Below are positions 28,434 through 38,301 of a DNA stretch of 64,000 nucleotides, in pieces. Under the pieces are notes generated by a model, which saw only the letters and a program-made list of their open reading frames with translations, did not search any database and was not told where the DNA came from. Source of the stretch: Opitutaceae bacterium (GTDB lineage: Bacteria; Verrucomicrobiota; Verrucomicrobiia; Opitutales; Opitutaceae). The stretch lies in NCBI GenBank assembly GCA_028822375.1, contig JAPKDW010000001.1, positions 1,843 to 65,842 on the forward strand. The letters run 5' to 3'. Each line of letters begins with the position of its first letter. Position 1 is the first letter of the stretch. Both the position numbers and the translations under genes were made by a program.

Positions 28434-30374
28434 CTACAATTTCCCGCTAACCGTTTTAGAACGAACCAGCTTCACGCCCAAAAAGGCAGCAACTGCGATA
28501 AGGACCAACGCAAATAAATACTCTCCGTAGATCAACTTCCCGATTCCGAACAGAAGTCCATAGACAGCGACGATACCCATCAACGCTTGGCCGATCTGCG
28601 GCGCTAGCGAATCTTGCTTCGGAAGGAATTCCTTCGAATGCTCTCGAACGGGATTCCATCCGATTCCGCCGGGACGAGCGCGCTTGTAGAACATAAGCAA
28701 GGTTTTCATATCGCTCGGCGGGGTAATCAGCGTGACGGAAACCCAAACGACAGTCGTCATGGCGATTGAAATTATGAGTTCCAACCACCACGCGATATCC
28801 GGATCGAACACTTTAAACAAAACAGCGAAAGTAAACGAAGCGGTCAATGCAGAGAGTTCGCTAAACGCGTTAATTCGCCACCAGAACCAACGTAGGATAA
28901 ACAGCAATCCAGTACCTGCTCCGACCTGCAGTAAAATTTGAAACATATCCAAAGCGCTCGTCAATTGAAGCGCCAATCCGCCGGCCAAAACCATCATGAT
29001 CGCTGTCGAAATCCGTCCAACTAAAACCTGCTCTTTATTCGAAGCCTTCTTATTAACGAAGCGTTTGTAGAAATCGTTTACGACATACGAAGAACCCCAA
29101 TTCAAATGGGTCGAGATCGTAGACATGTAGGCCGCGATCAACGAAGCGAGGACCAGCCCCAGCCAACCAGTTGGAAGAAACGTAAGCATTGCTGGATACG
29201 CTAGGTCATGACCCAATTTATCGTTGGGCACTGCATCTTCCGGAAATTCATTACGGAGAGATGTAAGCCCTGACTTTTGAATTTTCAAACCTGCCAAGAG
29301 TTGCTTATCCGCTTCACTCACCTGTCCGGGATCATTCTCCAAAATCTCTGCCAACTCCACCATTTCAGGTGTATTCAACATTTCCTCTGCATTATCTCGA
29401 ACAAGATCGGAATCCATCGGGAATACAACCAACGACGCCAAAGCAACCAAGATCCACGGCCAAGGACGCAAACCGTAATGCGCGAAATTGAAGAAGAGAA
29501 CCGCACCTGTAGCGTGACGCTCATCTTTCGCAGCCAACATACGCTGCGCGACATACCCACCGCCACCTGGCTCAGCGCCGGGATACCAAACGCTCCACCA
29601 CTGCACGACCAAGGGAATCACAATTAACGTCATCCAAAGATTCAGATTATCGTCGGTCAATGCGCCCGAAGCATCGCGCTCGACGGCAGGAAAGAAACTC
29701 AATTTATCAGCAATATTCGGATTAGCGAGCAAGCCCTTCAAGGAACCAACATCCGCATGTCCAAGCGCGAAATACGCAGCCGCGATCGAGCCACCCAGAG
29801 CCATTATAAATAAAAGGAAGTCTGTAAACACTACACCACGAAACCCGCCCAGCGACGAGAAAATCACCGTCACTAACGAAGCCCACACAATACAATGCCA
29901 AGGCTCCAACCCAAACATCACTCCACCTATCTTAATAGCCGCCAAGGAGACAGACGCCATGATCATTATATTGAAGAAAACCCCGAGATAGATAGCCCGA
30001 AAACCTCGCAAGAATGACGCGCTTTTCCCACTGTACCGAATCTCATAAAACTCGATATCCGTCATGACTTCCGTCCGCCGCCAAAGCTTGGCATACAAAA
30101 AGACGGTCACCATTCCGGTGATAAGAAACGCCCACCAAACCCAATTGCCGGCGACGCCATTCTGACGTACGATATCCGTTACCAAATTCGGTGTATCCGT
30201 CGAAAATGTGGTAGCCACCATCGAAAAGCCCAGTAGCCACCATGGCATTCCACGACCTCCCAAAAAGAACTCGCCAGAATTCTTGCCGGCGACCTTGGCG
30301 ACCCAAACGCCGATTAGCAGAACAACGAAAAAATAGACCCCAATAATAATCCAATCGATAGTGGCTAGTTGCAT
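28434..30374 (-). CDS. sodium:solute symporter (SSS family)
   Basis: 646 aa with about 13-14 TM segments and a typical SSS N-terminus (IDWIIIGVYFFVVLLIGVW ... FFLGGR). Confidence 0.88.
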   Translation of the reverse strand: MQLATIDWIIIGVYFFVVLLIGVWVAKVAGKNSGEFFLGGRGMPWWLLGFSMVATTFSTDTPNLVTDIVRQNGVAGNWVWWAFLITGMVTVFLYAKLWRRTEVMTDIEFYEIRYSGKSASFLRGFRAIYLGVFFNIMIMASVSLAAIKIGGVMFGLEPWHCIVWASLVTVIFSSLGGFRGVVFTDFLLFIMALGGSIAAAYFALGHADVGSLKGLLANPNIADKLSFFPAVERDASGALTDDNLNLWMTLIVIPLVVQWWSVWYPGAEPGGGGYVAQRMLAAKDERHATGAVLFFNFAHYGLRPWPWILVALASLVVFPMDSDLVRDNAEEMLNTPEMVELAEILENDPGQVSEADKQLLAGLKIQKSGLTSLRNEFPEDAVPNDKLGHDLAYPAMLTFLPTGWLGLVLASLIAAYMSTISTHLNWGSSYVVNDFYKRFVNKKASNKEQVLVGRISTAIMMVLAGGLALQLTSALDMFQILLQVGAGTGLLFILRWFWWRINAFSELSALTASFTFAVLFKVFDPDIAWWLELIISIAMTTVVWVSVTLITPPSDMKTLLMFYKRARPGGIGWNPVREHSKEFLPKQDSLAPQIGQALMGIVAVYGLLFGIGKLIYGEYLFALVLIAVAAFLGVKLVRSKTVSGKL

Positions 30375-30486
30375 AGTTTTTTTAGGTGAAACGAGGGTTT
30401 TAAGGAGATGTGCGAGGGAACGGTCTGCTTGTATTAAAGAACGCCATTGGAGTTTGAAACAATTGCTAAAAGGGCCACGAGAAGCG

Positions 30487-31335
30487 TTACAAAGCGAAGA
30501 TGCTATCCATTGCGCGAGAGGTATTGTAGATCAACGTTTCAGGAGCATGCTTGTAGAATGGCACCGGGGGAATCATTTCAGCTGCCACCCAACCATCATA
30601 GCCGCTCGCTTTCAAGGACTGAACAACCGCTGGCCAATTCACGTCGCCCGAAAGCAAATCCACGAAACCGTCCACCGAACCAACCGCACGGCGATAATCT
30701 TTCACGTGAACCCGACGAATACGATCGCCTAGTATCGAAATCCAATGCTCCGGGTAACCCGTCGCTAGAACATTACCCACATCGAAGTAGCTACCGACTC
30801 GCTCGTCATTGAACTGATCGATGAACTGCCCCATTTCCCGCGGGCTCAGAAGAAACTTATTCCACACGTTCTCTATGCACATAGTAACCCCAAGCTCCTT
30901 CGCGAGCGGCAATGAATCCGCCACAAACGCGGTCGCGCGATCCCATACAAGATCATAGGAAAGTTCCTCGCAGCCAAGGATAAAGTCCGCTCCGACTGAT
31001 CCCGGCACGACCAAAACCGCGTCGATACCCAAGCGGGATGCGACACGAATTTGTTTTTCCAACACTGTCTTGGCGCTCGCTCGCGTTTCCGCGTTTTCGC
31101 TCGCTGGATTGAATTCCCAGTACATGCCCGTTGCGAGGCCACTCAGAGTCAGACCCGATTCAGCAGCGAGCTCGCCAATCTGATCGATCTCCGCATCGCT
31201 ACTTCCCAAAGTGATCGGACCATCGCCGCTGACATCCAGCTCGAATCCTTCGAATCCCGCATCTTTCGCGAGCTTCATTTTTTCCTTTAATGACCAGTCG
31301 CCGTAGAACGACCATATGCTTATCGATTTTTTCAT
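30487..31335 (-). CDS. sugar phosphate isomerase/epimerase (xylose isomerase-like TIM barrel)
   Basis: Family layout (AGFEGFEL ... VHVKD ... WVAAE). Confidence 0.82.
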   Translation of the reverse strand: MKKSISIWSFYGDWSLKEKMKLAKDAGFEGFELDVSGDGPITLGSSDAEIDQIGELAAESGLTLSGLATGMYWEFNPASENAETRASAKTVLEKQIRVASRLGIDAVLVVPGSVGADFILGCEELSYDLVWDRATAFVADSLPLAKELGVTMCIENVWNKFLLSPREMGQFIDQFNDERVGSYFDVGNVLATGYPEHWISILGDRIRRVHVKDYRRAVGSVDGFVDLLSGDVNWPAVVQSLKASGYDGWVAAEMIPPVPFYKHAPETLIYNTSRAMDSIFAL

Positions 31336-31374
31336 GAGGTAATGATTTATTCAATTTTTCTAGGAATTCGAAAC

Positions 31375-31495
31375 GTAGGGCTGGAGCTTGCTCCATGCCG
31401 CGTTGCCGAAGCTTTTCTGAACGATTGCATCATTCAATGGCCGCTCGGAGATCGGCCGCTACCAATACTAGCAACGACGCAAACGTCGGCCCTAC
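31375..31495. repeat. composite palindromic element: family B termini enclosing half of a family C element
   Basis: Left arm gtagggctggagcttgctccatgccgcg. The internal ctgaacgattgcatcattcaat + ggccgctcggagatcggccgctacc has a 25-mer identical to 20880-20904. Right end gcaacgacgcaaacgtcggccctac. Confidence 0.8.
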
Positions 31496-31507
31496 ACAAT
31501 AAAAGCT

Positions 31508-32542
31508 CTAACAAGAGCTTGTTCCTTCCCCTAATTCAATCTCCTTTAGCGTCAAAGCCAGAGACTCTCGAGCATCTTCCAATGTCGCGATCGCCGGCGC
31601 ATTTCCCTCGCTGAGGCATTTCACGAAATACTTCAATTCATTCAGGTAGCCACCCAAGTCCGAAACATTGCCCTCACCACTCTGCGATTCGCCAGCATCG
31701 GTTTGAACGACATCCAAAGCAGTCGGCGGCGCATCGCCTTCGCAAATCGTTAATCCTTTGCCATTGCTCGAATCAAAATCGAGAACCGCATTATCATAAA
31801 CTGCATGGAATGCCATTTGAAATCCCCAGTTCTTCGGGTAGTTCCATCCTCCCTCCGAGCTAACGGTCACCGAGTCGTACTCCATCAGGCTAAATACATG
31901 AACCGGACCGCTAAAATCGCGTGTCACTTTACTTGTAACTGAATTCGGCTGTCCCAATAGAGCCAATACAAAATCCGTATCGTGAATATGCAGATCCAGC
32001 GCAGCGCCGCCCGATTTCGATTCGTCGTTCAGCCAATTCTCGATACCATAGTCTGGACGTCCTGCTCTACGGGCTAGGCTCAAACTTAACAGTTTCCCAC
32101 CATCACCGCTTTTATTGTAATCCATCAAGCGCATATACTCCGGCCAGAAACGAATACAGTGACCAACTTGGGCAAACGTTCCATTCGCTTTCGCAGCGCT
32201 CAAGATCGCGTCCGCGTCCTCCACCGTTAACGCGAGTGGCTTTTCGCAAAACAAAGCCTTACCTGCTTCGATCGCTTCGATCGCGTAATTCTTATGCAAA
32301 AACGTCGGCATGCAAACGTCGACAAAATCACATTCGACTGCCGCTAAAGCCTCGCTTAATTCAGCGAATACCGGAGCCGGGCAACCCAGCTTTTCCAGTT
32401 TCTCCACGGACTCGGCGATCCGTCCATCAACCACCGCTACCAACTCCACGTCTGGCAAGCTCTTATAGATCTGGGCATGCATGCCTCCCATGAACCCGCA
32501 TCCCACAAGGATGCCCTTTAGTTGTTTTGCATTATCTTCCAT
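31508..32542 (-). CDS. Gfo/Idh/MocA-family NAD(P)-dependent oxidoreductase
   Basis: N-terminal GILVGCGFMGGMHAQ Rossmann motif and EKPLA motif (FCEKPLALT). Confidence 0.88.
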   Translation of the reverse strand: MEDNAKQLKGILVGCGFMGGMHAQIYKSLPDVELVAVVDGRIAESVEKLEKLGCPAPVFAELSEALAAVECDFVDVCMPTFLHKNYAIEAIEAGKALFCEKPLALTVEDADAILSAAKANGTFAQVGHCIRFWPEYMRLMDYNKSGDGGKLLSLSLARRAGRPDYGIENWLNDESKSGGAALDLHIHDTDFVLALLGQPNSVTSKVTRDFSGPVHVFSLMEYDSVTVSSEGGWNYPKNWGFQMAFHAVYDNAVLDFDSSNGKGLTICEGDAPPTALDVVQTDAGESQSGEGNVSDLGGYLNELKYFVKCLSEGNAPAIATLEDARESLALTLKEIELGEGTSSC

Positions 32543-33393
32543 TATAAAAATTTACTTACGCGATTAACGATATCTTCCGAAAGTTGAGCGACCTTATCCG
32601 TTATAAACGCCTCCATTGAGAGACTAGCATCTTCAACCAGCGGTTTGAGCTCTACTCCCCAGGCAACCGACGAATAAAGGTCCGATCCATGCGAATCAAA
32701 GAAAGTCGCATTCGCGCGACGTCTTCCTTGGACCGCTAAATCATAGCGTTTTCCACCGGTTATCTGCGAATCGAATACGGCATTCAAAGACTCGGTCAGC
32801 TCCGAATACGCTCCACAGTCCATTAAAACCTTATCCGAATCAGCAAGCCAGTCGAGTCCCCGCCAAACTTCGCAACCGATTACTCGGTCGGGAATATGGT
32901 GTTCGGCCGTTCGCCTTAAGGCTTCTATACAACGCGCTAAAACCGCAACGTGAGCATCGTGTTTATCTGCCGGTTGATGCACGTAAACCGTAGTCGGTTT
33001 CATCTTACGCATCAGTTCGACCAAATCACCAATCACCTTTTCGGTAGCCTCTACTTTGACGTCCTTACTCTGATAGTCGAGTTGAAACTGAGCGCTATAA
33101 CGACCGAGCTCAGCCGCTTTCCGCTGCTCCTCTCTCCGGACCACGCGCATATCCTCATCAGTGTAGTTGGCGTACGGCCCCAAGCGAGAACTGTTTCGTC
33201 CATCGGTCACTGTAATCCCCGTAAACCACTGATCTTCCGATTCGTAGCATGCGGCGATTCCCTCGTAAGCCATGAACTCCAAGTCATCCTGATGAGCCCC
33301 GATACCGAGATGCGTGGTTCGACTCAACGCATCGTCAATCGACAAATCGTCGCGTATCCAAATATCGGCTCCAGGTTGCGTTAGCGTCGACAT
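32542..33393 (-). CDS. PIG-L/LmbE-family deacetylase
   Basis: GAHQDDLEF (a variant of the HPDD-E metal motif) near the N-terminus. TAATG stop/start overlap with the downstream gene. Confidence 0.72.
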   Translation of the reverse strand: MSTLTQPGADIWIRDDLSIDDALSRTTHLGIGAHQDDLEFMAYEGIAACYESEDQWFTGITVTDGRNSSRLGPYANYTDEDMRVVRREEQRKAAELGRYSAQFQLDYQSKDVKVEATEKVIGDLVELMRKMKPTTVYVHQPADKHDAHVAVLARCIEALRRTAEHHIPDRVIGCEVWRGLDWLADSDKVLMDCGAYSELTESLNAVFDSQITGGKRYDLAVQGRRRANATFFDSHGSDLYSSVAWGVELKPLVEDASLSMEAFITDKVAQLSEDIVNRVSKFL

Positions 33394-33414
33394 AAAACAA
33401 AAAACCTCAATCCC

Positions 33415-35346
33415 TTAGGAGCTTAGCAAATCTTCTAGTTCAATTTTCTTAAATGCTTCGATTGCCTCGTATTCGGCCATCCCTACATCATCGTAAGCCG
33501 CAGCAGTCGAGCGATTGACCTCATCCGTCTGTTGCCAAATCTCACGATGTGATGCCGCGCGAAACGGAAATTGACTGCGCTGCGAGCGATACTGAAAGCT
33601 AGCCTCGATCTTCGATGCCAATTCATCCGGACTCAACGGCACTGCCATATCGATTTCGAAAAGCGGCCACTCTTGCCCGACCGCGCGGTAGCTCCAAACG
33701 CGACAATGCTTCATCCACGCCTTGTCTTTCAGCTGCTTCATCGCTTCGCAAAACAGACGGTAGCACACCCCCGAAACCGAACCGGGATCCGCCAAGCCGC
33801 CGCTCACGTATACCTGATGCGGCTTAACGCGTTCCAACAAGGATACCAACGCTTTTACGTCCTCGTCGCTCGTAACGAAATTCCGGTACCGGCCCTTTTC
33901 GTAGAATGGCAAATCGAGAAACTCCTGCGCCTCGCGATCGATCTTCAAAATCCGAGCCGCATCGCGCGCCTCATTGCGACGTACTAACGCTTTGATACGT
34001 CGAACCGCTTCCGAGTCGTTATCCTCTTCACGCTTATCTTCGATTTCCTTCAGGATCACATCCGCGAACTGACCCAAACTAAGGCCATCGCCTTTCTTGA
34101 ATTCCATCTCTCGCTCCAGCTCGCTCATCAAAGCCAAAGTCTGTTTCGCCAAATTATCCGGAACCGCCAAATTGCCTGAGCTCAGATAAGCCAACGTTAC
34201 TTCGGAACCTTGGTTCCTCAAACGATGTGCCGTCCCCCCCATGCAGAGAATATCTTCGTGCGGCTCGGACCCTAAGACCAAAACGCGCTTGGGAAACGGA
34301 GTTGAACGCTCTGGGCGATTTGTATCGTCCGCATTCGGTTTTCCGCCAGGCCAGCCTGTAATCGTATGCTGCGTTTGATTGAAAACCGTGATATTTAGCC
34401 CATAGGCCGGTCCCAATTCAATCAACAATTCACCGAGACCATGCTCGTTATAATCCGAATCCTGCAGCTTGAGAATTGGCTTCTTAACCGTGTTCGACAA
34501 CCAAAGCACCGCCTTGCGAATCAAACGAGGCGTCCACTCTACTGAACCGACCAGCCAGGGAACGCGAAAACGTATCAGTTCTTCCGATGCCGTTTTATCG
34601 ATAAAGAAACGCACATCGTCATGCCCTTGCAGCAAACTGGCAGGCAAATTCTCATTCGGCTTCCCCTCGACCGCATCGCGCACGACGGATGCCTTAGACT
34701 GTCCCCAAGCCATCAATACGAGTTTACGTGCCTTCAGAATGGTCCCCACCCCCATAGTGATCGCAAAAAGCGGCACGTTCGCTTCGCCCAAGAAATCGCG
34801 AGCCGCGTCCAAACGCGTCAGCGGGTCCAAGGTCACCAAGCGCGTTTTCGAATCTCGCGCCGATCCCGGCTCATTGAAACCGATATGCCCTGTCCGGCCG
34901 ATTCCCAAGATCTGATAATCAAGCCCACCAGCTTCTTCGATAGCCTTTTCGTATGAATCGCAAAAGCCATAGACATCCGAGCGGTCCACGGTCCCCGAAG
35001 GCACGTGCACTTGATCCTTCGGGATGTCGACGCGCTTGAAAAGCCGCTCCCACATGAACTGATGATAGCTTTCCGGGTGCTCGTCAGACAGACCGAAATA
35101 CTCGTCCAAATTAAAGGTGATGACATTGCGAAAGCTCAGTCCCTCTTCCTTGTGAAGCCTTACCAGCTCGCGATAAACCGGCAGCGGCGTAGAACCTGTC
35201 GCCAAGCCAAGCACAGCATTCAATCCTTCCTTAGCGCGCTCCCTAATCAACTGCGCGATTTCCGCTGCAACAACCGCTGCAGCCGCTTCCGAATCGCGGC
35301 AAATTTGAGTGGGGATACGTTCGAATTGCTCTTCTTCTCGGGCCAT
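33415..35346 (-). CDS. nagB: long-form glucosamine-6-phosphate deaminase (NagB domain fused to a C-terminal LmbE-like domain)
   Basis: GLATGSTPLPVYRELV and NLDEYFGL NagB motifs, with a C-terminal EPHEDILCMGG LmbE-like motif. The roughly 640-aa architecture is as in Bacteroidota NagB-II. Start set at the ATG at 35346. Confidence 0.86.
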   Translation of the reverse strand: MAREEEQFERIPTQICRDSEAAAAVVAAEIAQLIRERAKEGLNAVLGLATGSTPLPVYRELVRLHKEEGLSFRNVITFNLDEYFGLSDEHPESYHQFMWERLFKRVDIPKDQVHVPSGTVDRSDVYGFCDSYEKAIEEAGGLDYQILGIGRTGHIGFNEPGSARDSKTRLVTLDPLTRLDAARDFLGEANVPLFAITMGVGTILKARKLVLMAWGQSKASVVRDAVEGKPNENLPASLLQGHDDVRFFIDKTASEELIRFRVPWLVGSVEWTPRLIRKAVLWLSNTVKKPILKLQDSDYNEHGLGELLIELGPAYGLNITVFNQTQHTITGWPGGKPNADDTNRPERSTPFPKRVLVLGSEPHEDILCMGGTAHRLRNQGSEVTLAYLSSGNLAVPDNLAKQTLALMSELEREMEFKKGDGLSLGQFADVILKEIEDKREEDNDSEAVRRIKALVRRNEARDAARILKIDREAQEFLDLPFYEKGRYRNFVTSDEDVKALVSLLERVKPHQVYVSGGLADPGSVSGVCYRLFCEAMKQLKDKAWMKHCRVWSYRAVGQEWPLFEIDMAVPLSPDELASKIEASFQYRSQRSQFPFRAASHREIWQQTDEVNRSTAAAYDDVGMAEYEAIEAFKKIELEDLLSS

Positions 35347-35428
35347 AATGCGTAAGGAGAGAAGAATAGCATTGTTCAGATAGCAAAAACTTTTCATTAT
35401 ACATTCATTTTTTAGCACTTCCGATTAG

Positions 35429-36319
35429 ATGCGACTTCCACTGATACAAAATGCCCTCGAGCTTGGGCCTCCAGACGACTACTTTAAAGGTCGCTCTTCA
35501 GAAGACATTTGCATCCCCAGCAACATCATCCTCTTCTCCCGAACCAGTTCCCAAGAACTGCAGCGCCGTAGCTTCGACAGCTACCCGCATCACCGCTTTG
35601 TTCTCGTGTTTAGCCTCATGACGACTGGTTCGCTTACGGTCGACGGAATCCAATGGCAGATCGAACCCGAGCAAGGCTTTTTGATCTTTCCGTATCAATT
35701 CCACTACTACTCCGAGCTGGCAAAGCCGAACATCCTCTGGCTCATCCTTACCTTCGAACTAGAGAATCCCGTCATCATGGAGTCTTTCCGCAATCGGCTC
35801 ATCTCCCTGGACGCTGACTCAATGGCTCAACTGAACGAGATCATTCAAGACTATCGCCAGCAGGACACTCTCAGAACCAATCGTCGCCTCATCCTGAAAT
35901 CGGCCAGCCTCATCAATCAACTCAGAGAGCGCCTTCAAGGCGGCCCTAAAGCCGCGATCGCGAGCCAAAACACTGCCAAGCGGGCTTCGACCGAACTGAT
36001 CAATGCGATACAGAGTTTCTTAACCATCAACTCGGACTCGCTGCAAAGCGTCTCCGATATCGCCGAATACCTGCACATGTCGGAGAGCAACCTGCGAGCC
36101 GTCTTCAGGCAGCATTTCAACATCAGCCTAGGCGCCTACCTAAAGAACTACCGAGCCCACCAAGCGATTCTCTACATGCAGAACCCCAACCTCAGCCTCA
36201 CTGACATCGCATTCCAACTCGGCTTCACCACTCTTTCCGCCTTCTCCCGTTTCTTCAGCAACAGCATCGGCGAATCCCCCCGAAACTACCGCAATCGCTT
36301 CACAAAAGGCTCCACCTAG
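35429..36319 (+). CDS. AraC-family transcriptional regulator
   Basis: C-terminal double HTH (VSDIAEYLHMSESNLRAVFRQHF ... LTDIAFQLGFTTLSAFSRFF). Divergent from the nagB operon. Confidence 0.88.
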   Translation: MRLPLIQNALELGPPDDYFKGRSSEDICIPSNIILFSRTSSQELQRRSFDSYPHHRFVLVFSLMTTGSLTVDGIQWQIEPEQGFLIFPYQFHYYSELAKPNILWLILTFELENPVIMESFRNRLISLDADSMAQLNEIIQDYRQQDTLRTNRRLILKSASLINQLRERLQGGPKAAIASQNTAKRASTELINAIQSFLTINSDSLQSVSDIAEYLHMSESNLRAVFRQHFNISLGAYLKNYRAHQAILYMQNPNLSLTDIAFQLGFTTLSAFSRFFSNSIGESPRNYRNRFTKGST

Positions 36320-36388
36320 CCCATTCGATCGGCTAACCTGAAACGGCTCACGACAATCTAATCGAACAAAACTTCGTTCTTTCAGGAC

Positions 36389-36422
36389 AAAAAAAGACCC
36401 TCGCCAATTAGGGCGAGGGTCT
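36389..36422 (-). terminator. intrinsic terminator between convergent genes (strong on the minus strand)
   Basis: agaccctcgcc-aatta-gggcgagggtct forms an 11-12 bp stem. The A7 run on the plus side gives a U-tract on the minus strand. Confidence 0.65.
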
Positions 36423-36449
36423 TGAAAGAATTTTGTTTATACTACCAGA

Positions 36450-37773
36450 TTAGAACGAAAGCGTGTTCGTCAAGAACCACTGTTGCTCAACTGGGATACG
36501 AGTAAGCATAACGTCGCCTGCTGCATCGAACGTGATTGGAATATCATCGTTACCAGATTTGCGGTAGAGGTTTCTTGCATTAAGCTGAATGCTCCAGTTA
36601 GCCCTGCCGTTCATGATCGGACGGCCGTAGCGGAAGAATACATCACCATCAATGGAGTCAGGTCCGAACCATGGGTTCGCGATGTCTGGAAGATCCGTAC
36701 CAAACTCGTCAACGAAGTTTGGATACCCACCAGCAACCTGATCTTGGTAACGCAGGCTACCACCGATTTGGAAGCCCTTGAGAGGTCCTTCGAGGAAATT
36801 CCAACGACCACTGACGTTCACACGCCACTCGCGTTGCTCAGCCAGCTGAGCGCCATCCTTACCCGCTTCGATACGCATTTGGCGAAGAACCGCTTCATAG
36901 CGAGTACCAATCGTTCCTTCTTCCACTTGGAAAGGAGAATCGCGAAGATCCCATAGCGAGAATCCTCCCACCGAGCCAGGAATTGGCTGCTGTAGTCGCG
37001 CCGCTTGCTCGAAAGCCAATGGAATCGCTACAGGTCCAGTATTAGCGGTAACCGTCTTCTGCTGAGCAATGTTCGCAAACAGCGTCAGGTTTTTGGTAAA
37101 TTGGCCAACGATATCGATTTCATTACCTGTGGCCACGAAGTCCTGAGTAGAATTCAGGCCGATGATCGGATCATTCTCGTCCACGACTTCGCCATTTTCG
37201 AGCTCTGTTATACGGAAATTACGTTGCGATTGAACCTCCGGCACAATCGCCCCGATGATTGCTGCGTAGTACTCGTCGAACGACTCAAAGCCAGCTAGAT
37301 CCGCATCGGTTCCAGACAAACGTTTGCGATTGTTCTTAAAGTCCGGACCAACATCTCCTGTATTTGGCGCGTAGCTCGCATCCCCAAATAAGGTGTAAGA
37401 CGCAAGAGATCCGTCATAAATTCCAGATACATTTGGATCTGGATCATCGCCGAGAGGATTACCTCTTTTAAAACGGTCAACTGTCGTGCGAGGAACGAAT
37501 TGTCCCTGAGCTGCTGCGTAATCGTCTAAATCCGCGCCGTCTGGGAGTTGTGCGAATCGCTAAGCGATCTTCGATAATCGTACGACCGAGGTCGAACGTT
37601 CCGCGAGAACCAGCCAATGTCGTTGTAGCACGATAGCCGACATCATCAGAGGCATCGACCGCAAACGGAGACAACTCGAAGATTTCATCTTCGTCGTCTT
37701 CCTGGGCCTGCACAAGCAGCCCCGTAGTTAAAAAGCCAGCTAACGCCAGCCTAGTGATATTCATTTTCATCAT
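36450..37773 (-). pseudogene. TonB-dependent receptor remnant (N-terminal about 60 aa joined out of frame to a C-terminal about 370 aa)
   Basis: Signal peptide + IFELSPFAVDASDDVGYRATTTLAGSR in frame 1 (37773 downward). A second frame is open over 37559-36450 and ends ...WFLTNTLSF (terminal Phe). The total is far too short for plug + 22-strand barrel. Confidence 0.6.
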
Positions 37774-38286
37774 ATTGCGTGGGTTTTCTAGGCTGGTTTA
37801 AAAACGACACGAAGGGCTAGAAACACGCAAGGGGAAGCGGATAAAAGGATGTTGAGTAAATAGAGCTTATATTAATGTAGTTCAAAAAAACGTCGAAAAG
37901 AAAGATTACCACAATCGCATTTGTAGAAACTTCTCTATTTGTCTGCAATACTTAGCATCTTCGATTATTCGTCAGGTTGTTTGTTTGGGCTGCTTTTTCA
38001 ATAACTGTGAACCTGAGAAAACATTGATAGTTATCATGTCAGTATCTGTCAGCTCAGCTCTGACGGTCTCGTTTTAAAACGTCGATCAACCCGCAAAATC
38101 ATTCAAATAGTCTTCTGAACGGGGTTTTAAATCTATTTCCAACAGGTCCCCTAGTACCCGTGACCCTAATGGCCAAGCCCCTTCAAGGCCTAAGGGGGAC
38201 CCAAAATGAATAAAAGCCCCCAATCCCGCCCAAATTGAAAACCAACCACGTCTCTTCTTTCGGTTTTACACTTTTTTGAATTTTGA

Positions 38287-38301
38287 CGTTGCGTCGCAAC
38301 G
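38287..38301. promoter_or_regulatory. 15-bp palindrome cgttgcg-t-cgcaacg upstream of the regulator gene (candidate operator)
   Basis: Perfect 7-bp inverted repeat 39 nt upstream of the ATG at 38340. Function not demonstrated. Confidence 0.2.
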
